From positions 78,002,904-78,066,903 of the forward strand of contig NC_057718.1 of assembly GCF_004010195.1 (NCBI RefSeq): a stretch of 64,000 bases of DNA, in the 5' to 3' direction. Below the pieces are notes generated by a model, which saw nothing but the letters and a program-made list of their open reading frames with translations, was not told the DNA's origin and did no database searches. Shown one piece after another: positions 11,449-26,135 of this stretch. Every line of letters begins with the position of its first letter. Position 1 is the stretch's first letter. Position numbers and translations under genes: made by a program. This DNA comes from Chiloscyllium plagiosum (Eukaryota).

Positions 11449-13982
11449 AAATCAATGGTAACAAAATGGTGGAGAAACTCAGCAGGTGTGGAAACATCCA
11501 TGGAGAGAAAAACAGAACTAAGAGTCCAGTAGCTCTTTGGAACTGAAGAGACGTGAAGTCACGGGTTTTATGCTGTTCAAAGAATTTGGGATGAACTTCC
11601 AGAACATGGCAAGTCAAGGAAAGATTGAGGGAGTTAGGAGATCAGTGGTGTCATGGAACAGAAGAGCAAGTGATCTTAATTATCAGTGCATAGAATTTTA
11701 GAATGCAATACTGGAGCACTAGTTTGAAAGAAAATCCAGAATGCTGCATTATAATTAAATTTTATATTGTATCAATTTATGGTAATGTCTTAAAAGTTCA
11801 CTGAAATGTTAGCTTTGTGCCTACATACAATCTGGAAATGTAACTTGACTAGTGCAGGCTCAATAGTATGTGGATTAGATCTGAAATGTAAACCCTAACT
11901 TTAAGTGCAGTAGTTCTGCAACTGAAAGTAATTTCCATGTTGCTATATGCCGAAATATTTGTTGTGAGCTGTTACATTTAGTAAATGGAGTAACTGTCAG
12001 TTGTTTTAGAATCCTGCACATTAAAAACTAGCGACCGAAGTCCAAGGTGACATCTGTGTACCATATTAGTATTGTTGATGAAAGGCATACTGATCATGGA
12101 ACTTTCAAGTGATTTTGATAGAAGTGCTTTTAAGAAAAGTTCCTTTTGTGATCTAGTTAAATTCTGAAAATATAATTTAGTCTTTTTTTAGTGGCATGCC
12201 ATTAGTGTCTTTTGTAATTTGATTTCTTCCCTGCTCATTTTGAAATTCTAGCAGTGACTAGGAATTGTTTAAAAATATATAATTGTTGTACATTAAAAAT
12301 AATTTTCCAGTGCAAGAAGCAATACAATCTTCTATCAACCATATTCCATGTTACTACATAGTATCTGGGTGGGCAGGACTCAAGCATTGATATTTTGGCC
12401 AGGGGCAGTTGACACTACCACTGCCACAACAGACCTCCTTTTCTCTCGTACATCTGTTAATGAGTGAATGCGTGTTTAAATATCTTGCACAAGTTTAATT
12501 TATAAATATGTTAGACTTTCCAACCACTTATGATCTTACTTGTCTTTTGGCCTATACTACTTGACAACTGAATATAGTTGATAGGTTGTGACCAATGATG
12601 CAGTTAATAAGTTAAAATGCCTCCAATTCAGCCTAGAATTTAATAGGTGTGAAGAGTAACATGTATGATTACAGTATAGAAGGAAAAGCCCTATGGCAAC
12701 AAGTATTCTGGGAATTCCATGGAGGCACAGAAACAAATAAGTGCTTAGGTTTTGCTTTTGCTTTTGTCAGCAAAACTAATACATTATGCAGAGCACCCCT
12801 ACATTTTTCTAAAGAAAAATAGTGTACAATCTTCCAAGATTAAAATAAGACTTTCTTCTAATTTCCAGTAATTAAAACTTAACCTAGTCAACTTCTCAAA
12901 AGGAAATTCCTCTGTGAACATAGTAAATATAGGTAAGAGAATGTGAACATTGCATAGCACACATCAAATAGAAAATGCTGTCGAGGCAGATTCTCTGATT
13001 TCTTAGATCCCTTCAGATGTTTCATGTCATGGTAGGTAATCATATCTCATTAAAGTTCACAAGGGGTTAAAAATCTCTTAAAACTCCCTCTTAATAGTCA
13101 CTCCATTATGAACTACCTCAACGACTGCTCCCATTTAGTCAATTACCTTTCTCAATCTCTTGAGAGTATCTTTACTTAACTGAACCAGTCCTGCCGTGGA
13201 TTTTTGCCTGAACTCCAATCTTACTGAGTTTCTTCAAGCAAATACTGCTTGTGAGCTTTTCAACCATTTTACACTCAGCTGTAACAAAGTATTTAGACTT
13301 GCAGGCTTCTTTTGAGCCCAAATAACCTGCCCCACCTAACAATTCATTTCCATTTTCTCAGATGTCCAGGATTTCTTGAGTCCTGAATATGACCTGCTCA
13401 CTAATTGCTCAACTTGTTCATGCAGCACTTAGCCATCCAATTGCTGTTAACTTCTCTCCAAGTCCCCTACATGCAAGCTGCGTAGTTCAGCGACCTTACA
13501 AGCAGTGTAACTAACTGCGGCACTCCTAATAGAGTTTGCTTCTGTGTCTCCCTCTCATCAACTCATTCACTGCCGAAAACCTTTCAGTGACACGCAAACT
13601 ATCCTGAGTAACCTATTGAAAAACCTTTCAATTGGTGCCTCTCTTATTTCTCTGGGCAAACTTGTATGCTGCCAGCTAGGAACTCTTGAGATATGTATTC
13701 AATAAATGTTGCCAGTCATAGCTTGATGGCAAATAAAGAATTTCATCCAATTGTGAAATAGTGCTCTCTCAGATCCAACGATGATTTTAAAAAAAGACAC
13801 TTGGAAGCTATTGACATTTCAAACCTGAATTCAGTAATTGATGTTCTGGTGTTTATACCTTAGTTTTTCATAATTTCATGTTTCAAATTGATGACAAATG
13901 CAAAATTTTAAAACAAAAAATTATATGAAAATTTAAAAGTTGGATGCACGCAAGCCAAACTGTTTATTTCAAAATGTTGCAG

Positions 13983-14077
13983 ATGGTTCAGATTCCAGAG
14001 ATAAACCAAAACTGTATCGTTTACAACTGAATGTTACAGATGTTGGCACTGAAAAGTCAGATGAGAACTCCATCCAG
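13983..14077 (+). CDS. AFDN: Afadin exon (start of FHA region), 95 nt, phase 1-0
   Basis: cag|...|gtaaga; (D)GSDSRDKPKLYRLQLNVTDVGTEKSDENSIQ matches recalled vertebrate afadin. Confidence 0.95.
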
Positions 14078-14419
14078 GTAAGAATAAACTTTCTAACATT
14101 ATAGTTGTCCTTGTATGTTTTATCCTAACTGACCTAGTGCTATTGCATATCTTTTGAAAAGACTTCAGATTTAAAATGCTGATATCAATTCTTTTCTGTC
14201 ACATTTTATTCTCTTATGCGAGTAGTCTTTGTCATGTGATTAACCACAGTTGAACAAGCAAGCAAAACAAATTAATCTGTTGTACAGGTGTGGCAAGTTC
14301 TTTGACTTTTTGTTGATCCTAAGTGTTTGAAGATGCATGTGAGCATATTTTTGGTCAATTTAAGAGGAAAGAAGTTGAAACTTAGCTGGTGAAAGGTTGT
14401 ATGTAAATAATCATGAAGA

Positions 14420-14665
14420 AAAAGAGACCTAAGGGGCAACTTTTTCACGCAGAGGGTAGTGCATGTATGGAATGAGCTGCCAGAGGAAGTGGTGGAGGCT
14501 GGTACAATTACAACATTTAAGAGGCATTTAGATGGGTATATGAATAGGAAGGGATATGGGCCAGGTGCTGGCAGGTGGGACTAGATTGAGTTGGGATATC
14601 TGGTCAGCATGGACAGGTTGGACTGAAGGGTCTGTGTCCATGCTGTACATCTCTATGACTCTATG
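14420..14665 (+). mobile_element. CR1 LINE 3' end
   Basis: RDLRGNFFTQRVV..WNELPEEVVEAG and CTCTATGACTCTATG tail. Confidence 0.85.
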
Positions 14666-16496
14666 AATATAAATCATGATTAAGGCACAGGAGGACATTG
14701 TTTAGTCATTGAATTGGTGCTGGCTATCTGCATTCAAAGTTCGCTTTTATACCTGCCTTCACCAAATTCTTCGGCTGAGAAAATTCTTAATCCACATCCC
14801 TAATCACTTGCATAAAAATATTCCCTGATGTAAATTTTAATACTATTGCTATTAACCTAAATCCATGTAATCTGATTATTGATCCTTCCACCAATAGGAA
14901 CAGTTACTATTTACACTTTCTCGATCCTTCATGATTTTGAATTACTCTATCGAGTCCCCCCTCAACTTTCTCTAATTAGAACTCCAAGTTCCCCAGTCTC
15001 TCCATATTTTTAAATGTCTCAATTGGAGCCATTCTCAAACCTTTTCTGAATCCTTTCTAAATTTTTTATACCTTTCCTAAAATGCAGTGTCAGAATTGGC
15101 TCAGAATGCCAGATGAAACCAGTCCTGCATTTCCAGTTTTCTATTCTGATTCTGAAGTCCTGTATGCCTTTGTTTCTATACCCACTTTGGAATTGTAGGC
15201 TATTTTATCTTGCATGTCATCTTTCGCATAAAAATGTAACACTTGACATTTCGGCATTCAATTTCATCTGAAGCATGGAAGGATATTAGAATAGGAGTAG
15301 GTCATTCACCCTTTCAAGTCTGCTCTGCCATTCTAGATCATGGATGATCTTACACACTTCATAAAAATTACTTAAGTTTCAATGTGACCACCTTTTGTTC
15401 TTCGAACTTCGAGAGAATATGTGCCTAGAATGCTCAATCTCTGCTCGTAAATCAATCCTGCCATCCCACAAATTAATCGGCAAACTTCTAATGAGCTTCC
15501 ACTGTGCCAAGTATATCTTTCTCTCTTTGGGTAATGAGACTAAAATAACAGTATGAAATCTCTCAAAGGCTGTACGAAATTATAGCAAGACATCTTTACT
15601 TCTGCACTTGAGTGTTTTCAGTTCCTAAACTTAGTTACACTGAGCCGTGTCACTATAATAGGAATTAAATCATATACATTTATCTCAACTTGTGCATTGA
15701 AATCTTCAATCTTTTCACAATTGATACATGCATTCAGATAGAGCACCTTAAATACAATATCCCACCAGTTACTCATGGACCAACTTCTGCACTGAGCAAA
15801 GAAAGTAAGTAAATAAATGGGGGAATAAACGCAGTTTCTCCCCAGCCTTCACCTAACTCAGTACTCACCAAACTCCCTCTGTTTAAAGTTTCAGCTCTGC
15901 TCTTGCAAGCTGCATAAGAGACCACCTGAATTTATATCTTCAGCAGCTACGCTACAAGAACATGGCAGACTTGCTTTACTTAATTAGCTAATCTGTTGCT
16001 CAATCCACCAGCCTAACTTTGTCCTTGTGATGTCTATGATTGTACTCCATCCCATTTACAGTACTCTTAATAGTTGTCGTCTGCACATTTTGGCATCAAG
16101 TCTGGGTCATTAATATCCATCCAGAAAAGCAGTAGTTTAGTTATCGACCCCTGGGATCCCCACTGTATTGGAAAACAATTGTTCATTCCACAGTTTTCTA
16201 TCACACCATGATTTCTTTTGCATGAACTTCAACTTCTCTGACAAACCTATTACTGAGGGTTATGATTGTTTGAAGTCCACTACTGAGTGAAACAATGGAG
16301 TCTGTCTAGAAAAAAATGAATGGCGAGCTTGAATATTTGAGACAGTGAGTTTGTGACGTATTTTTGATCTAGCCAGATGAAGTTCCATAGTCCTTTTGAT
16401 CATGTGTATTTAATGTTTCCGATTCTCTTGTACATTAATTTGCAAAATGTACATGGCTTTATAGACTTTTGGATTTGCTTTTTGTGATGGTCAACT

Positions 16497-16717
16497 ATTT
16501 AGATTAGATTAGATTACTTACAGTGTGGCAACAGGCCCTTCGGCCCAACAAGTCCACACCGACCCGCCGAAGCGCAACCCACCTAGACTCGTTCTCCTAC
16601 CCCTAACACTACGGGCAATTTAGCATAGCCAATTCACCTAACCTGCACGTTTTTGGACTGTGGGAGGAAACCCACGCAGACACGGAGAGAATGTGCAAAC
16701 TCCACACAGTCAGTCGC
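16497..16717 (-). mobile_element. HE1/V-SINE-like SINE, 5'-truncated
   Basis: AGATT repeat tail and similarity to 5708-6033. Confidence 0.8.
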
Positions 16718-18373
16718 ATTTCCCGTTTACACAGGGAAATGTGATACCTGTACTTTGTTTCCAAAGAATCTACGCAAGCAATTTAAATTGATGTTATAAG
16801 GTTCAATTTCAAACTTAAGCACTCCATTTTTAAATAATGCCAGCGAACAGTGCTTCAAAGAACACTGCTTCCTGATGGTTTACTTGTTCGTATGGCCTGC
16901 TCTGAATTCAAAATTAAAAGGTTAATTTAAACAGATGATGCAAGTATCAAGTACAACAGTGTCCCTTTTCACCAAACATCTCTTATGGCTTTTAGTTCTT
17001 CCTGTTTCAGGTCCAGACCTGAGTAGTCCTTTGAAATGAAGGGGAGAAGAAAGTAGAATGCTATAGTCTTTGCGCATGACAGTGACCAATAACAACAAAT
17101 GAGAAATGAACAAGAGCCTCATGAATGCCAGAAGCTACTGGATTGTGTTGGAGCGAAAGCACCCAGTGCAGTTTTTAGACAAGATAACAGGATTTGAATT
17201 TCAGTGTTGCAATTTTGTTTTAGAAGAGAGGGGAAAGCTTTTTGCAAGTAAGAAGGAGGTGCAATTTTGTCCCATAAACGTTCTTGCCCTGCTAGTGGTT
17301 TCTTGATCATGTTTGGGTCATTTTAGGAGGAGAGTTCCTTAGGCATCCTTAAACATATTAAACAATACAACATCTAGTGAGCATCAATGACGCAAATCAA
17401 CTTAATTTCATTTCCTGACATGCTTTATACTACTTTAAAATGACATGTGAAGGGATCAAAAGCTCTTCAATTAGAATTATCACTTGAAGCAGAATTTTTC
17501 TTTACACCAGGATTCTTTTGCACTGCCATTATTAATATAGACCAGAAAATTTGGAATCTGAGCAGGAAAACCTTTAGTTTTGTGTCGCAAATGATTGCAT
17601 TTGTTTTCTAAAAATGAGTAATTTGCTTTTTGAGCACAAGTCCTCAAATATGATTTTGTCGAGATTTCTCTTGTTATCATTTTCTATCTTGCTTTCACTC
17701 TGACCTTTCTGTCCTTGTACTCCAATGCCAATGAAGCTTAATGTAAATTTGAGAAATGTCCCCTTGTTATCCAGTTAAGCACTTTACAGCCTTTCAGATT
17801 GTCTGTTGACTTAAACAATATTCAATCATAATCGCACTGCCCACTTTTTCCAGATTTCAGCTGTTGCTGATTCCACCCCTCCTGTTTACACATCCTCTGG
17901 AGACCCATCTTTTCGTTCCTTTCTTATCACATTACTATCTCTTTTGTTCTCCATTCTATCACAGACTGTCCTTTTTCTCCTCACTGCGGCCCCCACTTTT
18001 GTTCACTGCCTTTGTGCTTGCATATCTGACCAGCTGAGCATTTCTAACATTTTCTATTTTTCTCAGATTTACAGCATCCATATTCTTGCATTTGGTCAAT
18101 TTAATGTTTTGATTGAATGCTGGAACTTTTTCTGCAAACATTGCTGCATTTCTCGTCTGAATATTGCATATCACTTTTGTGCTGTGTAATTTTTGCTAAT
18201 AAAAATACAGTACATTTCACTAGAAAATGTCAGTAGAAAATTTGTAAAATTGACTTGGCAGTTTGTTTTAAGAAACAAGCAGATTATGAACCCAGCACAT
18301 CAATTTTTTTGAGGTGAGAACAATTTTGATTTGAGTTATTACAATTCATTTAAAACTTTACTTGATTTTGTAG

Positions 18374-18633
18374 CTCTTTGGTCCAGGAATTCAACCTCAT
18401 CATTGTGATCTTACTAACATGGATGGCATAGTAACAGTTACCCCTCGCAGTTTTGATGCTGAAACATATGTTGATGGCCAGCACATCACTGAGACCACTA
18501 TGTTGCAAAGTGGCATGAACATCCAGTTTGGATCATCACATGTGTTCAAGTTTGTGGATCCTGCTCAGAATCATGTGAGCATGAGACCCATGGATGCAGG
18601 ACCTATGGTCAAGGGCCAGAGAATTAAATCTGG
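18374..18633 (+). CDS. AFDN: Afadin exon (FHA domain), 260 nt, phase 0-2
   Basis: tag|...|gtaagt; LFGPGIQPHHCDLTNMDGIVTVTPRSFDAETYVDGQHITETTMLQSGMNIQFGSSHVFKFVDP. Confidence 0.96.
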
Positions 18634-18827
18634 GTAAGTTATTTTTACATTTAGAATGTTTTAACTGAGCTATGTAGATAAGTTTTAATTTGGGTATTTA
18701 ACATGTTCAGTGATGCTGTGGGAAGGCCAGGGCTTATGGGGGAGAGGAAAGAATGAGTCCTGTCAAAACTCCAGAGTTACACTTGGTTTTAATCTATTTA
18801 ATATTTTGAGAAATCATCCAGCTAAGT

Positions 18828-19430
18828 CTCATAGAGTCCTGTAGCACTGAGATGGGCACTTTTGCCCAAACTAGTTCATGCCGATCAAAGTTTCCATCCA
18901 TGCTAACCCCATTTCTCTGCACTTGGCCCATATCCTTTTAAATCTTTCCAGTTCATGTATTTGTCCTTTTAAATGTTGTTAATGTATCCGCCTCAACCAC
19001 TGCTGCTGGCAGCTTATTCAATATATGTATCTCTGTGTTTAAAAAAAAAGAGTTGCCCCTCAGGTTCCCTTTTTATTCTTTCCCCTCTCACCTTAAACTG
19101 ATACCCTCTAGTTCTTGATTTCCCCAACCCTGGGAAAAACACTTAGTGCATTCATCTTATCCATTATGCCTCTCGAAATCTTATGTACTTCTGTGAGATC
19201 CCCCCGTCAGTGTCCTATGCTGTAAAGAAAAACAGTCCTAGCTTGTCCAATCTCTCCCTATAACTCAGTCCCTTGAGTCCTGGCAACATCCTTGTAAGTT
19301 TATTCTGCATTCTTTCCAGTTTAATAACATCCTTCCTATAGCGAGGTGACCAAAACTGAACACAATATTCCAAGTGCGGTGTCACCAATGTCCTGTACAA
19401 CTGCAATGTAACTTCCCAACTTCTATACTC
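18828..19430 (-). mobile_element. CR1 LINE 3' fragment
   Basis: ORF 19215-19487: LQLYRTLVTPHLEYCVQFWSPRYRKDVIKLERMQ. Confidence 0.88.
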
Positions 19431-19449
19431 AAGAAGGGATTCATTCCTA

Positions 19450-20630
19450 AACATAAAAATTAAGAACAGGAATAAGCCACTCAGCACCTTGAACCTGCTT
19501 CACCGTTGAATAAGATAATTGATGATCTGATTACTCTTCGTTCCTGCGTGTCTGATAGCCTTTCACCCATTGCTTCTCAATAATTCTATCTACCTAGTCT
19601 TAAAAATATTCAATGACAGGGGAAACTGTGTTCCAAAGAGTCATGATCCTATGTGAGAAAAATTATTCCTTATCTCTGTCTTTAATGTTTTACTTTCAAA
19701 CAGAGACTTCTAGTTTTTTTTTGTACACCTTCATGGGGCAGCATTTATTTCCCACCCCTAATTATCCAGAGGGTAATTTGAATCAACCACATTGGCTGTG
19801 GGTCTGAAGTTGCAAATTGGCTGGCCCAAGTAAGAATACAGTTTCCTTCTCTAAAGGGCTTTAGCGAACCAAATGGATTTTTCCAACTGTCGACAATGGA
19901 TTAATGGTCATCTTTACTTTCTTATTTCCAGATTTTTTTTAAAAACTGAATTCAAATTCAGCCATGTGCCATCGTGGGAATTGCACCCAGATTCCCAGGA
20001 CGTTATCTGGGTCTCTGGATTAAAAGTCTAGTGATAATATCACTAGACAATTGCCTCCCCAGCTCTGAATCCTGCCACAAGAGAAAACATCCTTCTCACA
20101 TCAAAACTTTTGAGACCCCTCCAGATCTTTTATGTTTTAATTAAATATTGACTTGTTCTTGTCAACTCCAATGACTAGCCTGCTCAATCTTTCCTCAAAA
20201 GGCAACCTGTCCATTGTAGGCGTTAGTCCAGTAAACCTCTGAATTGCTACCAGTACACACATACATCCTTAAATAAGGAGATCAATACTGTACACAGTAC
20301 TCCACATGTGGTCTCACCTATGTACTATACAACTGAAGCATATTCCCCCACCTTCTGTATTCTGTTGCTCTCCCAATAACTGAAAATCCTATTGGCTTTC
20401 CAAATCACTTGCTGTACCTGCATCCTCGCCTTATTGTGATTTATCCACTAGAATGCTGGGCTCTCTCTGGATCTCAGGCTCTGTAATCTGTCTGAATTTA
20501 GGTAATTTTTTTTTCTTTTTCCTGCCAAAAGGGCAATTTCATATTTTCTCACATTCTACTCCATTTGTCCATCTTTACCCACTCATTTAACCTATCTATC
20601 TTTTTATAACCTCCAAATGTCCTTTTCATA
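19450..20630 (-). mobile_element. Older CR1-like fragment with a nested tRNA-derived SINE (about 19730-20060)
   Basis: CR1 3' tail and RT remnants; the nested segment resembles 63040-63330. Confidence 0.6.
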
Positions 20631-21262
20631 ACTTAGCAAACATTGAGTTTTTGAGGGTATGGTGGTAGGTAATATCTATATGGACTTTATTGAGACCTCT
20701 GACAAGATTCCTCATGGCAGGCTGATACAAAACATGAAGTCATGAGGGACCAGCAGGGTGCTGGTAAAGACAAAGTAGCAGTGGAAGAGTGTATTTCTGA
20801 TTGGAAATCTGTTACCAGTGATGTGTGGCATGCTTGTTTCATGGTCGGTGCATAGAATATGAAATTGGCAAGTTATATTGCAGTTGTCAAGGACTTTAAA
20901 CCACATTTGAAATTCAATAATTTCATGATGTAATAGGTAAAGAATTGTAATGAGTTTGGTTTTTAAAAAAAGATTGCCTCTAAATGAGTGAAATGCTACG
21001 TAAAAATTATCTAAATAAAACACAAAAGGATAAAGAAAGAAGCAAGTTTGTGACTAACCCAGTAAAACAAAAAGAAATCAAAAAGTGGTCAACATGGAGG
21101 TAGAGGTTGTGATCTAAAATTGTTGAACTCCATTTGAGTCAAAAATTCTGTAGAGTGCCAAGTTTCACAGTTTTGGTTTAAACATTGTTTGAAGTGTGCT
21201 TGGGGAGAAAAAAAAAATTAATTTGAAGGATGTTTCTTTAAAAAAAAAATTGTGATTTATAG

Positions 21263-21344
21263 GCAAGGGTCCCGAAGTGTCCAAGAAACTACATTTGATC
21301 TGGACGGCGACATTCACAGTGGTATGCCATTAACTATGAGCAAG
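21263..21344 (+). CDS. AFDN: Afadin exon, 82 nt, phase 2-0
   Basis: tag|...|gtaatt; (G)QGSRSVQETTFDLDGDIHSGMPLTMSK; in-frame alternative acceptor possible at 21278. Confidence 0.9.
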
Positions 21345-23713
21345 GTAATTTTTTCTTTGTTTTGTGTTAATGAACTTGAGTATAATTAAGTTGTACTATT
21401 TTGAAAATGAACAAAACACTTAAACTCAGTTGTTCATGAAAATGTTCTATCATTGATCACTTCTAAATAGTTTCAGTTGGGCTCTGAGATAGCTTAACTG
21501 TCTAGATTACAATGAAAGGGTATTTAACGAAATTGATTTGGATTAGGCAGTTTGCATTAATTGTGTTCACGTGTTGTTTTTGGATTCTTTTTATCTGTTG
21601 GTAATGTTTACTCCTTTTTAAAATGATTTTTCTGTCAGCCCATCCCATAAAGAGGCAAATATTAAAAGTATTAACAAAAGCATTAAAAGTATTAACAAAA
21701 AGCATCAAATCCTATAGGAGCAGCAGGGGAAATTTAAATGAAAGCTTTACTGGAACTGTTTATTGGACCAAGACCAAGAATAAGGACCACCACTGTTAAA
21801 TAATAATGAGAAGATCCAAAAATACTTGTGTCAAGATAAAGAATGGTTTTAAAAATTCATATTCTGCCATCCACACTACTTCAAGGAAGATACGCTAACT
21901 TGAAAATATTCAAAATGGCAAATTTTTGCAAAGCATTTTAGATGTTTTAAGACATTAACTCCATCTCTCTTTAGCGGATAGCTGATGAATATTATTAGGA
22001 GCACAAGTCTGCCTTGACAAAAGAAAGTTAACATTTCAAAGCCTTAAAAGGACAACTTGGAAAACATTTTTATTCTGGTGTTCTACGACAATCAAATTCC
22101 TTTTTATTCATCTGATTTTAGGATTCTCACGCCAGAAACTAATGGATGTAAGCATGCAATTCATAATATTGATAAATTGGCACTGATTTGGTTAGTTTCA
22201 CTGAACAAGATTGAGAATTTTGAAAATGTGGAGAGGTTGTAGTTCATGTAAGGCTTGTTTTTCTGTGCTTGTTTGCAATTAGCCTTTAGGTAGATTTCTT
22301 TGAACAGATTTCCCTTGAGATTCAATTGGATCTGTGCATCCCACAGAATCCCAAAAACAGCAATTATTTCTCTACTGTTGTAGTCTTGCATATGATGCAT
22401 AACATCTAGAATGAGCATTGAATGTATCATCAAATTTTATTCTGTTTTGCTTCCAAAAGGAGCAATGTAATTTAAGCAAGTAACTAATTGTCCAAGGCAT
22501 TCTACAAGTAAAAGTGGTGTCTTGGTAGCCCAGTTAATTGTATGCAAATGATTAACCAATTATGCTTCCATGATTTCTATTTCTGCTCTAACTCAGAAAC
22601 TGGTCCCAAGCTATTGTGAATAATGCACAATCCACTGCAACAATTTATTGTTCAATCCAAGTTCATAGCTTAAGTTATTTCACTTACTTTTCTGGATCTC
22701 TGCAGTTGGCTAACATGCATTAAAACAAATAAATTCTGTGCTGGGTGTTGAGCAATATCTAAAGTGTAGTAGCCGTGATATAAAGCTTCAGTCAGCAGAT
22801 TCTGAAAACTAGCCTTGAGATTTTGACTTTTGAGATTATACTTCTTAATTTGGCACTTAGTTGCCCATATTGACCAGACATGACTTCCTCCTTTGACCTG
22901 CCAATGTCATCTGTACCTAAATGGACCATGACATCTGGATCCTCACGCTTCAATTGAAAGTTTATCTCCAGCCTTAGATGTCCCCTACTATCACTGGAAA
23001 GGCAACGCAGCCATCTGGAATAATGCTCTGTGCTACGGAGAATGGTATCAATTTCCCACCCTTATATTGCTCCCTACTACCACTACATTCCTTCTGAGAA
23101 CTGGATCCAGAATGTCTTCTGTACCATGGTGTCAAAGTCTCTTCTCTCCACCTCCCCGCCACTCCAGTTATGACACTGTCCAAATAACCAGTTGCTTTTC
23201 CTCAGAGTAAAATTAACTTCAAGGCCTCAAACGTTTATGAAAAACAAAAGCAACAGAAAACCTCTTTCCTTTTTTCCCCTTAACTACTTTCAAGTACAAA
23301 GTCACATTATTGGCGAGTTTTATATGCATGGAATTGAGCTGAGAGAGCTTATTTTTTTAAAAAAATCCATTATAAAATTCTGAAAGGAGACACACTTAAC
23401 TCACTGCATAAGCTGTAACCTTTTAAATATCATGTTAGCAGATTTCTAGTCATTAAGTATCATGTAATTATTACAAAAATAGGTTACATTTTAAAGAATA
23501 ACTGATTTGAAACTTCCAGAACTGTTTTTAACTGCGTCAGTGTGTACTTCAGGACTCTGACTTGAGTCACTGCACTGATAGTGACTGTCAGCTTGGTTTT
23601 TATTTCAGTTTAAAATCTGGGCTATCCTGTTTGTATGTTACAATTCTGTCAAAGGTTTAGAAATGTCATTTTTTTCCAAATCCTGATCCTGCAACTGTTG
23701 TCTTTTTCCTTAG

Positions 23714-23829
23714 AGTTCAGATAGATTGGATAGCGAGCACACAGTTTCCAGTTCCAGTTCAAGTGAACGCAATGTGGTGAAGCCAATTGTCAGAGTGGAA
23801 CAACAAGACTACTACAAACAAGAGATCAG
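23714..23829 (+). CDS. AFDN: Afadin exon, 116 nt, phase 0-2, GC donor
   Basis: tag|SSDRLDSEHTVSSSSSSERNVVKPIVRVEQQDYYKQEI(R)|gcaagg; phase matches the next exon. Confidence 0.88.
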
Positions 23830-25029
23830 GCAAGGCACATCTGTTTATTAGTTATGTTTTAAAATCTGGCAGATTTTCCAGTGAGCGAATTCAGCTTCAC
23901 ATGACTATAGACACATTGTTTATAATCATGCAAATTGATCCTGCTCACCACTGTACTTGATTTGGAACAATTTGAAGGGGAGGGAGAAAGGATGATGAGA
24001 AGTAGGCTTTTGAGACTGCAGAGCTTTTAAGCAAAATGATTGGCCAGTTAGGCAATGTGCACTGTTAAAATGAGAATTTAAAGGGGTCTTGCAGCTGTTA
24101 GCATTCAGTCAGAACTCCCCAGCAGCCATTTCTGCCTCAGAGCTAGCAAACCTCAAAAGTTTGGCTTATAGTTCAAACTTACAGAAGCTCTGGCCTAGAA
24201 TACCTCTACTGAACCTCTTCACCCTCTGAGATTAAAAACACCATGTTCCCCAATGCATCGCTGATCCTTGGAACTCTTGTCATGAATCTCCTGCACATTC
24301 TTTATTACCTCCTTAATCTTTCCAAAAATGTCACCATAACTGGACATATCAAAGTTGAGGCCAAACTAGTAGTTTATAAAGGTTGATCATAACTCCTTTG
24401 CTTTTGTCCTGTGTCTCTAGTGCACAGTGCTTGATCCCTTGTATATTTTAACCACATACTGAACTTTTGACATTCCATGATTTATGCATATACCACAAAG
24501 CCTTTATGTTCCTGCAGTTCTTTAGATTTGTGTCCTTTATTTTCAATTTGTTCTCTCTGTCCAAATATAACTTTATTAAATTAACCTACATTAAATTTAA
24601 TCTATCTGCCTATTTCTCCAGCTGGTCAAATGTCCACTTGTAGTTGACTACTGTTCAGCACGGTTCATGTACTTGGGTTTAGTGCCATCTGCAAATTTTG
24701 AAGTTGGACTATGTGCGCCTAAGTCAAGGTCAATATTTGTATATCAAAGTGAAAAGGGGACCTATCATTAACCCCTTGTGAGCACCACTGTTTATCTTCC
24801 ATTTGGAAGAACATCAATTTTACCACCACTGTTGGTTGAAACATTTTCTGTTCTCAAGTTTTAACATAACCTTGCCATGACGACATATACTAATAATACA
24901 TCAAGAATCAGCATAAATAAATGAACAATGCAGCTAAATTAAGAACTCATTAACAATTCTGGACATCAAGGAAGGAATGATGTGAGCTTATCAAAAGGCT
25001 ATAGCAATTATCATGTGGATTCTAACCTA

Positions 25030-26135
25030 GACTGGAAAATGCAGTACAGATGGTGTGTCAAAACTGCAGTATATGGGAGATCAAGGATGCCACTGTGATC
25101 CAAGGCAAGTGTACCTTTAAGTATTTGAAGTTTGAGAAACTTCGACTAAGAGCTGGAGCTGGAGGCTCAACTACAGACATTGATACATCGGGAAGGGGGA
25201 CTATTACTGGATATTTTTTGTACCAAGAAGCAGTCATCCATTTTGGGGATGGAGAGGAGGATCTAAATGATGGTACCATGGTACAGAAAGTTATCCAGGC
25301 AGGAAAGCTGAAAGGAATGTAGTGATCATAGGGTCAGCATGGTCACAGGAGTTGACCTGTTCACCACCAAAAAAAGAGCAAGAGTCCAGGTGGCTGTCTT
25401 GTCTGTCCAGTACCAGGCTTCTGGACATTTCTGGACTGGTGAATAGTAGGTCTGGTGTTCTTGTGACCTGTATAAATGGGCAAGTAGTGTAGATTTTAAA
25501 TTAAACACTAAGGACGAGGGACCAAATTTGGGAAGTGGTGGTGAATCAAAGAATGGGGAGGAAGTAATAAATAAACGAAGAGTGCAGATCTGAGAGCAAA
25601 TCGGTTAAGACGAGAGATTACAAAAATAACAAGGACAAAGCTCAAGGCACTGTATTTCTGTGCACATAGAATTTAAACAAAACTAGTAATATGAATTAAG
25701 ATAACTGTGATTTAGTGGCCATCACTGAAACGTGGTTGCAGAATTGGGACTTGAATATTGAAGGGTGAGAGATATTTAGGAAGGATAGGGAGCTAGTAGG
25801 AAAGGGTGAGCGTGTCTCTATTATTTAAAGATGTCAGCAAAATAGAGAGAGAACCTAATTTCGGGAAACAAGGATATGAAAGTAGACAGGATAAAAATGA
25901 ATTATAGTGGCAAAAGGTCACAAGTTTTATGTACAAGCCCCTTAACAGTAATGACATAGTTGCGCACGGTATCAAGGAAGAAGTAAGCTTATCAAAAGGA
26001 TACAGCAATTATCATGTAGATTTAACTTAAGTAGACTGGAAAATCTGATGGAAAAAGTCTAGATGATGAATTAATTTAATGTTTTCAGGACCATTTCTTA
26101 GGTCAGCATGTTATGGCACCAGAGATCAGACTATT
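25030..26135 (+). mobile_element. Degenerate CR1 5' region (ORF1 zinc-finger-like and ORF2 endonuclease remnants)
   Basis: MVCQNCSIWE..., and DLVAITETWLQ-type endonuclease motif near 25710-25740. Confidence 0.6.

Noticed and set aside
12311..12368. Possible counterpart of the mammalian optional exon GRRNHFAYYNYHTYE (frame ARSNTIFYQPY)
   Set aside because: Similarity is marginal and available splice sites give phases incompatible with a phase 1-1 cassette
13100..13620. Coding-like composition on the minus strand, possibly a retroelement remnant
   Set aside because: No open frame or motif I can identify; needs a translated search
21660..21705. 21-bp tandem duplication ATTAAAAGTATTAACAAAAGC
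   Set aside because: Simple local duplication, two copies, no spacer structure; not CRISPR-like
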